Positions 1-13,339 of a stretch of DNA of 64,000 nucleotides are shown piece after piece. Location: NCBI GenBank assembly GCA_028534125.1, contig CM052816.1, forward strand, positions 42,782,001-42,846,000, given 5' to 3'. Source of the stretch: Lama glama. Lineage: Eukaryota. Each line of letters begins with the position of its first letter. Within the stretch, counting starts at the first letter, position 1. Below the pieces are notes generated by a model. That model ran no database searches, was not told the origin of the DNA, and saw only the letters and a list, made by a program, of their open reading frames with translations. The position numbers and the translations under genes were made by a program.

Positions 1-350
1 AACAACTCATCAGACACCATCAAGGACTCACAAATACCTATTTTATGGTTCATAGTAATAATAATTGTTATAATATTCTATATTCTGTAATTTCAGAGGA
101 ACAGAGCTTTATACATGGTATTTGTTTCCATCCTTTTTAATACTTCCATTAATTTGTTAGAAGTTGGTAAGAATGAGGTCTTGATAATCATTTTGAAAAT
201 ATATAATTCTATACTGATAGATATTTTATTTTAAAATAGAGTGCATTCTTTAAAAGTATCTAAAAGTCAGTAATTATTAACTTCATTTAAAATGCAAAAT
301 TAATCATGATCTTTTAACATATTTTTATATAGCTCTAGAACATGATTTTC

Positions 351-649
351 TTATTTTTGTTCAAATTTTTTTGGATCAGAGTGGGCTTTAAGCCACAGAT
401 CGATGGCACTTTCATACTTCCTCGGTTCTTTCAGCCAGTCCTGATGCCACCTAAGGTTTGCTATGACATTTGAATAGTTTTCCCCTATACTTTGTTTCCA
501 CTTGATAAACTCCTCTTTATTGTATTGGTGAACAGAAGCAGAAACCTTAGGGTAGTTTATAATTGAACGAAGCTTCTGATCCAAAGAATATGTAACTTCA
601 GGAAATTTTGTAGCAATATTTGTTAGTTCATCTGGATCTGAGGAAAGAT
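351..649 (-). CDS. ARSK: ARSK coding exon 8 (last): (D)LSSDPDELTNIATKFPEVTYSLDQKLRSIINYPK...HSDPKKFEQK*
   Basis: Acceptor tttcag at 651-650, TAA at 353-351; translation matches the arylsulfatase K C-terminus; phase fits exon 7. Confidence 0.96.
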
Positions 650-2412
650 CTGAAAGAAAAAAAAAATTGAATAGCTGTCAAATAGTAACCTGCTAGAAAT
701 TTTTTTTTAGAATGTCATTATTCTGTGACAGATAATGTATTATAATTTATTTTTATTTTCAGTTCTTTTTAGTGTAGTAAGATAAAGGACGGTATAAATG
801 GAGAAATAATATACCAAAAGTTAAACACCTTTTTAAATGTATGTTCAAATTATTTTCCTTCTTACCATTCATCCTGCTATCCCCACCCCCCCTTTTTTTT
901 CTTATCTATTCTTAGATGGCAGAAACAGTCAAACTAGTGAGCTGGCTTAGGCCCAGTTCTTCCTACTTTTGATGCCTTGCTTGCTTTGACATGAAAAAAA
1001 AAAAAGGAATGCTTAAATTGTCCCATTTCAACAGCCCCAAACATTCCAGCTGTAGGAATTCTTTACATAGTCAAGTTGTGTTCTTGCAACTTTACTTACT
1101 CTGAGGGTTTTTTTAAAATATATTAACATCTTATGTTTAGTTTTTGAAAATTACATTCATCAATACTGTCTGAGCAAATGAGCATGGAAGTAAAAACTCT
1201 CAATTACTACCACTGAGGAAATAATGATAAATATTTTATAGACACCTTTTTTACCTACAATGTAGGAAGACAGACAATATAACTAGGATGCCAATCTAAT
1301 TGGAAAAACGACAAATCAAAGATCTTATGACAATTTACTTAAGTCAGTAAATGAACCTTGCATCTTGAGGGTAAAACCCCTCCAGGTCTATTTGAGTGCA
1401 CTAGCCAGGAGACCCCTAAAGACATATATGATTTTGCTCAGTGACTTCAGATGCCCCCTCTTTAGGAAAGGGAAGTCAGTGAATAAACCCCAGAGAATAT
1501 AAGAAAGGCAGGCTTCTCCACTGATCTTTGACAGTCACATCTGCTTTTTGAAGAACATAACCAATGAACAAACAAGAGTTGCCCATTCCTCATCAGGATG
1601 AAAATTTAAGGACTGTCTTCTGAAGCTAAGAATCTCCTGCTCTTAGAGTTAAGGGTGGGAGGGGAGGTTAATCAGTTTGGCCTCTAAAGAATTATTTTGA
1701 ATTAATAATTTTGACATTTGTCAAAACTGGGAAAAAATTAGCAAAAAAGGAATATAAAATTAGATTTAGCACATACTTTATATGCAAAAAGGGGGCAAAG
1801 GATAAGTAGAACTTTAAGTCTAATAATAATGCTTAAAAATGAATTCATAGAGTAGTGAAGGCTTTTGTAGGGTGGAAGGAGCATGGATATTGGAGTCAGA
1901 CCTGAGTTGAAATCCCAGCCCTGCCACTTCTTAGCAGTGAGACCTTGTGCAGGTATCTGAATCCCTTTGAACCTTAGTCTTTTCTATAAAATGAGGATGA
2001 TGGTATCATCTTGTAGGGTTGGGGTGAACATTACATAATAAATGTAGCACGTCAGACTCCCTAACATAGAGGTGTTAATCCTCCAGAACAACTGAAACCA
2101 AGGTACAATGAGAGGATGTTGACTACTGATTGGGAAAGATAACCATGAGTGTTAGAAGACAGCTTGATCAGAAAAAACAGTGGTGTTTTTAATCTTGAGA
2201 CCCAGATTAAAAGTCTTAGGACACCTACTTTGGAATTCAGATGCTGATTTACAAAGTAGCTGCTCCTCACAAGGGCAACCTTTTGTAAACTCTCCTAGTA
2301 TGAGAAGCAGTAGATATTTATATATTTTATGATGATTACTGGCTCCCTTGAGCAAATGCTCTGTAAGTCAGCTCATTACACATAATACTAAACTTAAAAA
2401 ATATATCAACAA

Positions 2413-2595
2413 TAAACAACAAGTTTATAGTGTATAGAACAGGGAACTATATTCAATATCCTATAGTAACCTACAATGAAAAAGAATATGAAAATGAATA
2501 TATGTATGTACATGTATGAGTGAACTATTAAGCTTTACACCAGAAATTCACACAACATTGTAAACTGACTATACTTCAGTTAAAAAAATATATGT
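2413..2595 (+). mobile_element. 5'-truncated L1 3' end with 12-bp TSD
   Basis: L1 3'UTR motifs and A-rich tail; TSD atatatcaacaa at 2401-2412 and 2596-2607. Confidence 0.88.
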
Positions 2596-2613
2596 ATATA
2601 TCAACAAACTTAC

Positions 2614-2838
2614 CAAAGAGTTGAGGCAATACTGAAGCACCATCAGAGTAGGCTATATACTTCCATTGGTTAGTTCGAAGCATGTAGGTAGAAGCGTTCA
2701 CATTACATCCGTGGAATTGACTCAGAATCCAGGGCGGATGTAGGTTTTTGAATTTTTGTTCCTTCTTAAACATTTCTGATGACAGTGGCAACAGAGAGTA
2801 TCCACTCAGGTTCTGAGGCAGAGGAATTCCAGCAATAT
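2614..2838 (-). CDS. ARSK: ARSK coding exon 7 (225 nt): IAGIPLPQNLSGYSLLPLSSE...PQLF
   Basis: catag acceptor, G|GTAAGT donor; ORF-track peptide LHPPWILSQFHGCNVNASTYMLRTNQWKYIAYSDG. Confidence 0.97.
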
Positions 2839-3198
2839 CTATGTAACAAAAATAATACGATATTTTTTTAATGGCTCATTTTTTCATTAGTTGAACCTTG
2901 ATAAATGATATCATTAAAGGTCACAGAGACTAGGGACGGTATATGGATTTTGTAAATAGACTGCCTAGATCCAAGTCTATTTTGTAAATAGATTGCCTAG
3001 ACTCCATCAGACTTGTGACCTTGGGCATGTTATCAACCATTCTGAACCTCAGTTTCCTCATCTGTAAAAGGGGAATAATAATAATGCCTGTATTTCACAG
3101 GTTTATTTTAGTTTTAATATGACAATTTATGTAAAATTTTGAGAACAGTGCCTGACACATCAGAAATGCTCAACAAATATTAGTTAATATCATCAGTG

Positions 3199-3757
3199 CT
3201 TTATTTTTTTTAACATTTTTATTGATTTATAATCATTTTACAATGTTGTGTCAAATTCCAGTGTTCAGCACAATTTTTCAGTCATTCATGGACATATACA
3301 CACTCATTGTCACATTTTTTTCTCTGTGATTTATCATAACATTTTGTGTATATTTCCCTGTGCTATACAGTGTAATCTTGTTTATCTATTCTATAGTTTT
3401 GAAATCCCAGTCTAGCCCCTTCCCACCCTCTACCCCCCTGCTAACTACAAGTCTGTATTCTCTGTCCATGAGTCTATTTCTGTCCTGTATTTATGCTTTG
3501 TTTTTGTTTGTTTGTTTGTTTGTTTTTGTTTTTGTTTTTTAGATTCCACATATGAGCAATCTCATATGGTATTTTTCTTTCTCTTTCTGGCTTACTTCAC
3601 TTAGAATGACATTCTCCAGGAGCATCCATGTTGCTGCAAATGGCATTATGTTGTCGGTTTTTATGGCTGAGTAGTATTCCATTGTATAAATATACCACCT
3701 CTTCTTTATCCAGTCACCTGTTGATGGACATTTAGGCTGTTTCCATGTTTTGGCTAT
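3199..3757 (-). mobile_element. Young L1 3'UTR/ORF2 end, cut off by an assembly gap
   Basis: T-rich tail, then typical L1 antisense sequence (catccatgttgctgcaaatggcatt..., gttgatggacatttagg). Confidence 0.88.
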
Positions 3758-3857
3758 NNNNNNNNNNNNNNNNNNNNNNNNNNNNNNNNNNNNNNNNNNN
3801 NNNNNNNNNNNNNNNNNNNNNNNNNNNNNNNNNNNNNNNNNNNNNNNNNNNNNNNNN
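3758..3857. other. Assembly gap (100 N)
   Basis: Run of N. Confidence 0.99.
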
Positions 3858-4868
3858 GGATATTAATAAGACCTATGTAAGAAAGGGGTTTAGTATTTTT
3901 ATATGTTTGCAAACAATGGTTTAAATTAAATAGGTAAATTTATTGTAGATGTAAATTTATTGCTGAGGTGTATCATAAACCTTCAAGGGTGATTTATAGG
4001 ATGCCATGTGTCTCAGAGTTATTTGATGACAGAACTTCTTTTATACTCCTAAGTAGCACCTTGAGGGACTAGTCTTTTTCAGAACATACGTTGGGAAAGC
4101 CTGGATTAAACTGATTTAGAGAAAAATAATTTATTTTTTCTTTATCAAATATAGTCATATAAAACAGCATTAGTATGAGAAATATCTAACTTAAAAAGAG
4201 GTTATATTTTTAAAAATTACTTTTAAAGTATTTGTTTGGAACTCAAACTGTCTTTTCCTTATAGAAAAATTACCATGAATTATGGCTTGGTACTTGGGAC
4301 AGTTCCAAAATGAGTCTCTAAATGCCTCCCCCACAGCTTTTCTGGTTTCAATGTTCCATGTTTTTAGAAACATTAATTTAGAAATAATTAAATATCTCCA
4401 ATGAAAAATAGAAAGTAATATATCTGCAATGGTAGAAATTAAAGTTGAATAAAGAAATTTGAGGAAAAACAGATTAAAGGAGAATAAGGAAGTAGACAAG
4501 AACTCTGTAAATCTCCTGAAGGTATTTGTTTTTTACATATAACCTAATTAAAAAATACGTATCTTACATTTCCTTGGAAGGGGCATATTACCAGTACTAA
4601 TCTTCTGCCAACCAGTCATCACCAGGGACTTTTTTGAGAAAGAAGAAATGAAAGAACGAGTGAAAAAAGGAGAGAAAGAAAAATACTTCGGAGATAACTG
4701 GTTAAAACAAAAAAAGAGAAGGAGCAAAAATGTTAAAAAGATGATGTACATAAGGGAAGAAGACTGCCCAAGATGAAACTGAGCCGCCAGACAGTAGGCT
4801 CCTTACTGGAAGGTCGGCTGTTAGGAGACAGCGGGGAATAGGCTGGGCCAGGCTGGGCTGTGTGTCAG

Positions 4869-4882
4869 CCAGCAGAGGGCAC
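4869..4882 (+). promoter_or_regulatory. CTCF consensus motif CCAGCAGAGGGCAC
   Basis: Full match to CCASYAGRKGGCRS, inside a small GC/CpG-richer patch (about 4770-4970). Confidence 0.6.
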
Positions 4883-7108
4883 TGCCGGGAGGCTCAGGAA
4901 GGGAGAAAAGAGGATGTTGAAGATGGCTGGAAAGCAGGGACCAACTGGCACATGGCCATGACAGGGGAGTTCCTGTATTCAGCACTTTAATACACTTTAA
5001 TACTTAGAAATACCTTATTTCAGATCTATTCTTAGCTTAATTTTCCTAAAAAAGCTTATTAGACTAAGAATTTAAATAATTCTCTTGTTTTCCTATGAGA
5101 AGTCAGGATTAAACTCCCCAACTTGAAGGAAGGATTTGAATTTAGGCAGTCTGACTCCAGGATCTCTGAACTCTTTAGTACTACTCCGTAAGTCTTGTTT
5201 TACCGTAGTTATTAAACTTCACAATCATCTTCAGCTGAGAAAAACAAAATAGTCTATGTAGAATGACCCTCCCAACCCTTCACTAAGATCCTGTAACAAG
5301 GAGGGCTTTACAGTTCAAATCACTAGCAGTGAAGCATTCTTTTAAACACAACTGCATTTTTATACAATTACATTTTCACAATTCAAATTCTGGATTTATC
5401 CTTTATGTGAAAAGAAGGCAGACATTTTATAAAAAAAAAAGCCAACTATTAAATGAAAAAAAAATCACATGAAAATAAATTTGAAAGAGAAAGTCAAAAC
5501 AATTTTAATTTAAAAATGAGACTACTTTTATATCTAACTGAGCTAAAGGATGCTGATACTAGGTTATCAGGGAAGAAAATATTTCGGGGAGTCATTTTTA
5601 AAGAATGATCTCTGAAATACATAAAGATATCAACTTTAATAGTATAAAGATTTCCTATTCATAACAATGGCACTTTTTTGCCATTACAAGAAAATGATAA
5701 TGTGATAGTATACTATAAAGGACCTACAAAGATACACAGACTAAGAATACTCTTCCTGCTTAATGATAAAATAATCATTTTATAGAAAATAACCACATTT
5801 TTAAAATACCTTTAAAAAGCTATTTTTAAATTCAGACTTTTAAATAAAAGCATTGTACCATTTTAAAATTCAATGGACTCTTAATATAGTAAGGTGGGTT
5901 TATTAAAACAGGAATCTCAATGAGTTTTTCCTATTTAATATCTTTCTATTTAAGGTTTTTTGAGTCATCATCTTTTATATATTTTTAAGGTCCATAGAAT
6001 GGAAGGGAAGAGGCAGTCTGGCTTGAAGCTTTGATCTGAGAAATTTAATCTCATACTCTTTGTGTATAAATTGGATTCATACAAAACAATATAGCTATGG
6101 CTAAGCTAATAAAGAAAGGACCTTCAGAATTCTAAGAATAGATTATATTTTATATCTATTTTAAACTTCTAATTGGTTAGAAGAATCTCAAAATAAGAAG
6201 TCCTTTGTAGACACTTTATCAAAATCTGTAAGCATAGGTAAAATAGAATATACTGACCCACAGGTTCTAATTTTAGAATGAATCACTACTGAAAGTAGCT
6301 TTAAACTCTTCTGGTGTTGAGTACTTTCATTTTAAAAGGTTGAGGTAAACATCAGATTAAACATAGACCATCAGAATTATCTTTGCCTTGTCTGGTAAGG
6401 CTGTTCAGTAAGGCGACAGACTCAATTTATGCCTGTTAATCCTGGTGTCATTGGTATAGCATCCTTTTACTCTAAAAAATGTGCTAATTTGGAAAATAAA
6501 TTAGATAGATACCCTATCTCAATAAACAAAAAACTGTTTATATGGTTCTAAAGTCTACATTTTCTTTTCAATCATACATGGGGACACTTTCATGTGTCAT
6601 TTCACCTTTTCAAATAAAATTGACTTTACCCAATTCCTTACTACTAGAAATTCATACTGTTTCTGATTCTTTATCATAATAAATAATAAATATCCATGGA
6701 GATAAATCGTTGTGTGTATCTACAGGTTATTTTCTAAAATTGGAATTTTTCTAGGTCAAAATGTGTGCATATTTCTAAGTAATTTGGAACATAATGCCCA
6801 CATTTGCCTCCAGAAAATCTGTGCCAGTTTATACTCCCAGCAGCAGAATGAGGCCTATTTCCAATGTAAGCTTTTCTGCTTTTTAAAAATCTTTGCAAAC
6901 TCTATGTGTGAAAGAAAAATGGTATCTTCTTGTTTTAATATTTTTCTGACTACTGAATTTGAAGCTTAAAAATATCTTGGCCATTTGTGTGTCTTCTGTT
7001 GTGAATTGCTTATTTATATATTTGGTCAGTTTGTTAATAGGGTATTTCTCTTTCTCTTACAGATTTGTGAGAGCTCTATTAATAACCTTTTATTTGTAAA
7101 AAGGTTAA

Positions 7109-7551
7109 TTTAATTATTTTAATCTTATTTTTTTAAAACTTTTTTATTGAAGTATAGTTGATTTATAATGTTTCATTAGCTTCTGGTATACAGCATAGTG
7201 ATTCTGTTATATATATGTTCTTTCTCATTACAGATTACTGCAAGTCACTGAATACAGTTCCCTGTGCTATACAATAGAACCTTATTGTTTATCTATTCTG
7301 TACATAGTAGTGTGCATCTCTCAATACCAAACTCAATTTCTCTCTCCCTCCTCCCTTTGCCCTCTGGTGACCATAAATTAGTTTTCTCTGTCTGCAAGTC
7401 TTTTTCTGTTTTGTAAATAAGTTTATTTGTGTCATTTTTTTAGATTCCACATATAAGTGAGACCATATATTTGTCTTTCTCTGACTTACTTCACTTAGTA
7501 TAATAACCTCTAGGCCCATCCATGTTGCTGCAAATGACATTACTTCACTCC
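7109..7551 (-). mobile_element. 5'-truncated L1 with TSD, next to an older L1 remnant (about 6690-7090)
   Basis: TSD aaaaaggttaa at 7098-7108 and 7554-7564; ORF-track peptide FAATWMGLEVIILSEVSQ is the L1 ORF2 C-terminus. Confidence 0.88.
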
Positions 7552-9954
7552 AAAAAAAGGTTAACTTTAGATAAATAATGTTACAATGTTGTTTCCTGGC
7601 TCCAACATAAGGTTCCTGTTGAACTCTCCCCTCTAACCCTGCATCTTTCTCTTTCTATCTTACCTCTGGTTAACATCTGGTTAATAAGTGTTTCAGTGTT
7701 TTATATAAAGATCCATATATAGATACTCTCTTTACTGTCCTCCTCCAATCATATAAATGTAACTTCTTCCTTTTCATTATAAACATATTAATTATGAAAC
7801 ACATTAAGCCTTGAAGATGTTAGTTTCCAGTTGAGAATTGGAGAGACACTGATTTTTGACTTTACCTACTGTATTCTAGTTGGGCGGGTCTAATCAACAC
7901 ATGATCTAAAATGCTGTTAATAAAATATATTCTCCTAGGAAATGTGACTCAGAAGGAATCTATTAGCAGAAATCAGTCGAAGATAAAAACAAATAAAAAT
8001 CTATGTAGAACGATGAGTTTTAGGAAATTATAATAATTGACTAATTATAGGAAAAAAATCTACAATTTCAGAGAACCTACATAATTTTCAGAAGAGTGAG
8101 GAAGGAATGCAAAGGAGTTCCTGGGAATTTTTTTGTTTTGGCTTGAGAAATATTTATTGTCAAGTAACATAAACTAGGCAGGGGGTGGCAGGTGTCCCTT
8201 TAGGTGGATAAATGAAAATTCCCTCATTCCAAACAACTTTATTTAGTATTTTCTTATACAATCTGTTAAGACATATATATATTAGAAAATCTTCCAGTTT
8301 GCAGGTAACTTTTAACTCTTACGATGTATGAAATGGCAAGTAGTGATAATGGTGTATCAAGATTATAGAGAAGAAAATTTGCATTATAGCTGAATATAAA
8401 ATAATATTTAAAGAAAATGATTTAAACAGTGCTTATTAATCAACTAACCTATAAGGTGATAGAATTACTAAGAATAGTCTAGGACTCATTGCAGACAACT
8501 CTCTACAGAAACTGGACTATTTAGCGACTAGAGCCAAAAAGATAAACAAAATACCAAATATCACTAAGAAATATATTAAAGAAAAACTACGAAAGAATTA
8601 TCCCAACCTTAAGTAATCTTTTGCAGTTCTGGTCATTGTCCCTCAAGAAAGCAGAATAAGGATAAAAAGTTCAGCAAATTTGGAAATGGGGTGGGGAAGT
8701 TCTGTATGAGGAAAAACTAGTAAAGGAAACGGTAAAGAAATGCTACCAAAAAGAGAAGTGTATATTCATAAGACTACAAAGATGACAATAAGAGAGACAC
8801 ATAAATATACATAATTGCACATGCATTTCTTATAAAAACAGAAATGAGGAAAATAATAGGGGCTGCCTGGAAATTGATGGAGCCAGAAAGTGGCAGAGAG
8901 ATGACTCTGTGATAATTGCTTTGGGACAAAGGGGAACCAGCAAATGATGACTAAGAAACTGAAGAGATTAAAAATACACATCAGGCAAAAGAGCAATAAA
9001 GAAGTGTGCTCAAATATGCAGGTGATATGAAATAAAAGAGAAAAGGAGGGCACTGATCTAAATTAACTGTAAAGAAATTTAAGACCCTGGAATAGGCTTT
9101 AGTTAAATGAAGTGAAAGACTGGTATCAGGAAAAAGGAGATCAAAAGAACTTCCTTATTTTGCTAATTTCCAGATGTATGTTTGTGTCACATTTTAATAT
9201 ATATATTTTAAACATAACATATGCTGTGTTATCTTTTTCTTTCACCAAAATCTATTTATAAATTGATGGTAATTTTTTGCAATTGATGGTGCCTTAGAAT
9301 GTAGTATTTAGATGTTATTGACTTTAAGTGTTACTGAATTTAAAGTACTCTGCTAAAGTAGATAGACACTAACACTCTGTATAACTTCCTCCAAATTTAT
9401 GATGGCTTTATTCTAGTATCTTTAACAAAAATTGCTAACTATCCCTATCCAAATGTTGCTGTTCTAGGCCTATGGTTATGCTTATAGACATTAAGAAGCT
9501 TGTGAAACAAATATGACAGAAAAAATCTTAAGATTCTGAGGAGAAATATGTTCATAGCATCAACATTGAGGGACTTTTGTAGCATTGTAAAAAAAAATTA
9601 GTAGTTTCAAAGTGGATGGAATAATCCAGAAGTGAAATCCTCACATTTTAGGAGGTGGTTGTAGAGAACCAAGTGATATACAAATCCCATCTATAAAGTC
9701 ATGAACCTGAGTATCTTATGTGGCTTACTTTATTGTCATATGTTGGTTGTGAATCTTTCGAAGGAAAAAATGACTATAGTAAGTGAAGGCAAAAGGAACT
9801 TAGGAATAGTATCCTCATTTTTCAGATGTGAGTTTGACTCACGGTGGAATGAGTTGCTCAAGGTTATGAACAAGTCAGCAGGGTCTCTGACCATTTTGCC
9901 TACTCATTTTCCAGTGTTATTACAAATCAACATTTACAGAGTTGCATTACTTAC

Positions 9955-10179
9955 CAAGCATAGTAGGGTAGATATCCACAAGAGAAACCACATTTGACAC
10001 TTGCAGGTTGGCCTTAATTCCCGGTCCCATTATCAAGAGTGGCACATGGGCACTAGCTTCGTACATACTCATTTTATAAAACTGACGATGTTCCATGGCC
10101 AGCTCTCCATGGTCTGAGGCATATATGACAATAGTTTTCCGAAGAAGATCTAACTGACGAAGGGCCAAAATAACTTCAC
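9955..10179 (-). CDS. ARSK: ARSK coding exon 6 (225 nt): EVILALRQLDLLRKTIVIYASDHGELAMEHRQFYKMSMYEAS...IYPTML
   Basis: tatag acceptor, G|GTAAGT donor; contains the sulfatase metal-binding SDHG motif. Confidence 0.97.
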
Positions 10180-11434
10180 CTATAATATAAGTCAAGATCA
10201 ATCTTAATTAGCTTTCAGCTCCTGTTTTATTCTATCGCAGTAAGTTCAGACCCTACAAGAGTTTGTCAGGATGCTTCTTAACATCTGAGTGTTATCTACT
10301 GCTCTTAAGCAACTTTGCGAGGTTTCCCGTGCCTGCTCCTCAGCTGATAGACTAGAGAGAGAAAGCAGAAAATACAATCCCCAAAGGTTAAGTTACTTTA
10401 TTTGGAGATCACGTTGACTTGCTTCCTATGTTCCTGTCAGAGAATGGGGAGAACATTACCCCAGTGACTCCAGTGAGAAATGGAAGACAAGCCTGGATGT
10501 GGGCACTGTGCACATCTCACGAAAGTACTGATATCACCGTTGACCCACAGTTGCTGCCCAGTGGGAGGGGATAAAAAGGGTAAGAACTCCTCCTCCCTGC
10601 TACCCTTTCTCTCAAATCACCAATCACCAGATATCATGCCCAGGAAGTTAGCTGAGGGTTATGGAAATCCCACCTTTGAAGAAGAGCTGGAAGCAATACA
10701 GATGGCATAGGAATATAATTGGCATGTTGTTGGACAGTACAATTCCTCTGACCAGTCCCTGTCTCTTAGTGTCATGAAACTTCCTCCTCGTTGTAATTAA
10801 GAGAACATAATAAGGCACAGTCCAAAGAGAAGAGTCATCTCTGTTTTGGCAGTTCCTGAATCTGGCCTACAGGGGTCTGTATGGTTACAAAAAAACCCAA
10901 AAAACAAAAAAAACCCACAAAACCCACAGGTGATTCTGAGCTCTGATCAGATCTGAGACCCACTGCTTATGGAGTTCAGACCATCAGAGTCTTTGACCCA
11001 GACAACTGTAATTGCTTCCTAAGTGGTTTTCTTGCCTCTGTTCCTCTTTTCCCTCCTAATATTCCCTGTACCACTCCGGTAGCTATCTCTCTGAAATATC
11101 TGATCAGGTCACATCCCAGCTGAAAAATTTCCCACAGCTTCCCACTGTCTAAGTCTTCAGAAAGTTCAGCACCTTCAGCTACCCCTAGACCTTTCCCAAT
11201 GCTAAACTACTTAGAACTCCCTGAACGAATAATAATTCATTTAGACTTTCTGTACATACTCTGCCTTCTATGTCTCTCTCCCACACTCTACATGGCACAT
11301 CCCCATTCTTCCTTTAGGACCCAGCTCAAGCATTACTCCCTGCTCCTCCAGGTAGAGCGATTCACTGTCCCCAAGACCCCTACAACTTCTTACTTCTTCA
11401 GTTACAACACCATGTTATAACTGCTAGTGCTTAG

Positions 11435-11810
11435 ACTCATTCAGTACGTGTTGACTGAGTTTTTCCTATATGCCAGGCACCACAGATGCAAAGCTAGGCA
11501 CGTAGGATGCAATGATGAATAAGAATGAATGTCCCTGCCCTCATGAAGCTCATATTCTTCAAGGGAAATGGACAGTAAACAATAGGCAAAATAATTAAAG
11601 ATTATGATGTAAACAAGCAAGGTGATAAAGGGTAGAGTCAGTAAGATGATGTGGCTGGTATACTAATTTAGAGTGGCTGGGAAGATATCCCTGAGGAGGT
11701 GATATCTGAGCTGACAGCTAAAGACTGAGAATAGTCAGCCCTGTAAAAAACGAAGGGAAGGGCATCTTAGGCAGAGGGAGCAGCAGATACAAAGGCCCTG
11801 AGGTGGGGTA
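11435..11810 (-). mobile_element. L2 LINE 3' fragment
   Basis: cattca...ctatatgccaggcac...ccctgccctcatgaagct...ctgagctga...aaaggccctgagg pattern; boundaries approximate. Confidence 0.65.
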
Positions 11811-13167
11811 AGAGGTTAGAGTGATTTTAATTAATGTTTGATTTCTTAATAATATTCAGCTTAGTACCACCAGTGTTCAACATAGTGGCTGAAAGCTAGC
11901 AAATACAGTGAACAGTAATAAATACTATTGAGTAACCAGTACAGTGTCAATTTAACAAACGGATACAGTCTATTCCATAAACTTTGTAACATGAAGTAAG
12001 TGGCTGCATTTTTTTTCTCTGAAGAGACTTCAAGAGGTATTCCTACACTTCCTGCAGCAATATTTTATATATATAATATATCACTTTAAGGATGAATGGA
12101 TAGCAGCAAACTTTCAAAAATGATTTCCAGGGTGCAAATGGGTGACTATTTACTAACATTAGAAAATACTGAAATACCATTTGGTATTTGTATGGATTTA
12201 GGATTGAAGAAATTCACTTAAAATCTTATTTGCATTTAAGATTGCATAGCTGGAAAGTCCTTAGGACTTTTAATACATATTATACTTGCAATATTATAAA
12301 TAGTTTATTCATATGACTTTTTTGCTGTCTGCTTTATACTTTTCTATTTTTGCCCAATGAATGCTTTTTAAGAAATAGCCATTTACTTGTTCACTCCCAA
12401 GGTTTACTTTGTTCAGAAGTGCTACCCACACTCCACTAATGTAATTATGCCCTGCTCCAAAGTGCAGCAAAATAAATGATACAGTTTTATGAAAATAATT
12501 TGTTATAAAAATGGGTATTTTTAAAAACCAGGATTTGTCCACATCTGAACTTGAAATTGCCATAAGTCTTCCAGTGAACAGGCAAAACACTTTCCTGACC
12601 ATTATCTTATGGATGCAGGTTTGGCTTTGAGCTGAACTAGGAAAAGAGATTCAGCATAATTCTGGACCAGAATGTACGTGGGAAAATGGATTTCAGCTTT
12701 AGTTAAGCCTTGCTCTAAATGGCTAGGAACAATGGATTTGTTTGCAGTGATTACAAGTCTGGGAGAAGACACAAGATTCTACATCTAATCTTGTCTCATC
12801 TCCCAGAACCCAAATTGCCTTAAAATTAACTGTGTTTGGCTAAATATTAATTCCTGATTAAAGCCCATAAAACATTTTGTTTCAAGCTGATGATAGTTTT
12901 CTATGACCCTTTATATATGAACAAATCTAAGGATCTTTTAATTTATGAATAAGATAGAAAATTTTTATTCTACTATTAATTAATGCAAATTATCCAACTT
13001 TTATATGTGCCAAGAGTCTTATAATTCTAAACCTGACAGATCTCAGCAACTACTGTGAGAAATTATCTGAGGATGTTCATACAAGTCACCAACCAGCATG
13101 ATCACAGTTTGTTGGAAAAATATTATACTTTTTCTTCACGTAGTTGCTTTTTAATGATACCACTTAC

Positions 13168-13339
13168 CAAGCATAGCATCTGTCTCAGCACACATAGCAT
13201 AATAAAATGCTCTAATATTCTTAATTTCTTTTTCTGTAAATTTCCCAGTGCAGTTTTTTGTATAAGAAGAGTAATAATCTATAGGGTGCATTTCTGACAG
13301 AGGTGACCACTTTGGGATTTTGATGGCATCATAAGACAC
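13168..13339 (-). CDS. ARSK: ARSK coding exon 5 (172 nt): VSYDAIKIPKWSPLSEMHP...CAETDAML
   Basis: ttttag acceptor, G|GTAAGT donor; phases fit both neighbouring exons. Confidence 0.97.

Noticed and set aside
225..230. AATAAA on the minus strand about 120 nt after the ARSK stop
   Set aside because: Plausible poly(A) signal, but such hexamers are frequent in this AT-rich sequence and it cannot be supported without 3'-end data.
2947..3002. Short local duplications (also about 54311-54345, 57881-57916 and 58941-58998)
   Set aside because: Ordinary replication-slippage duplications with no further structure.
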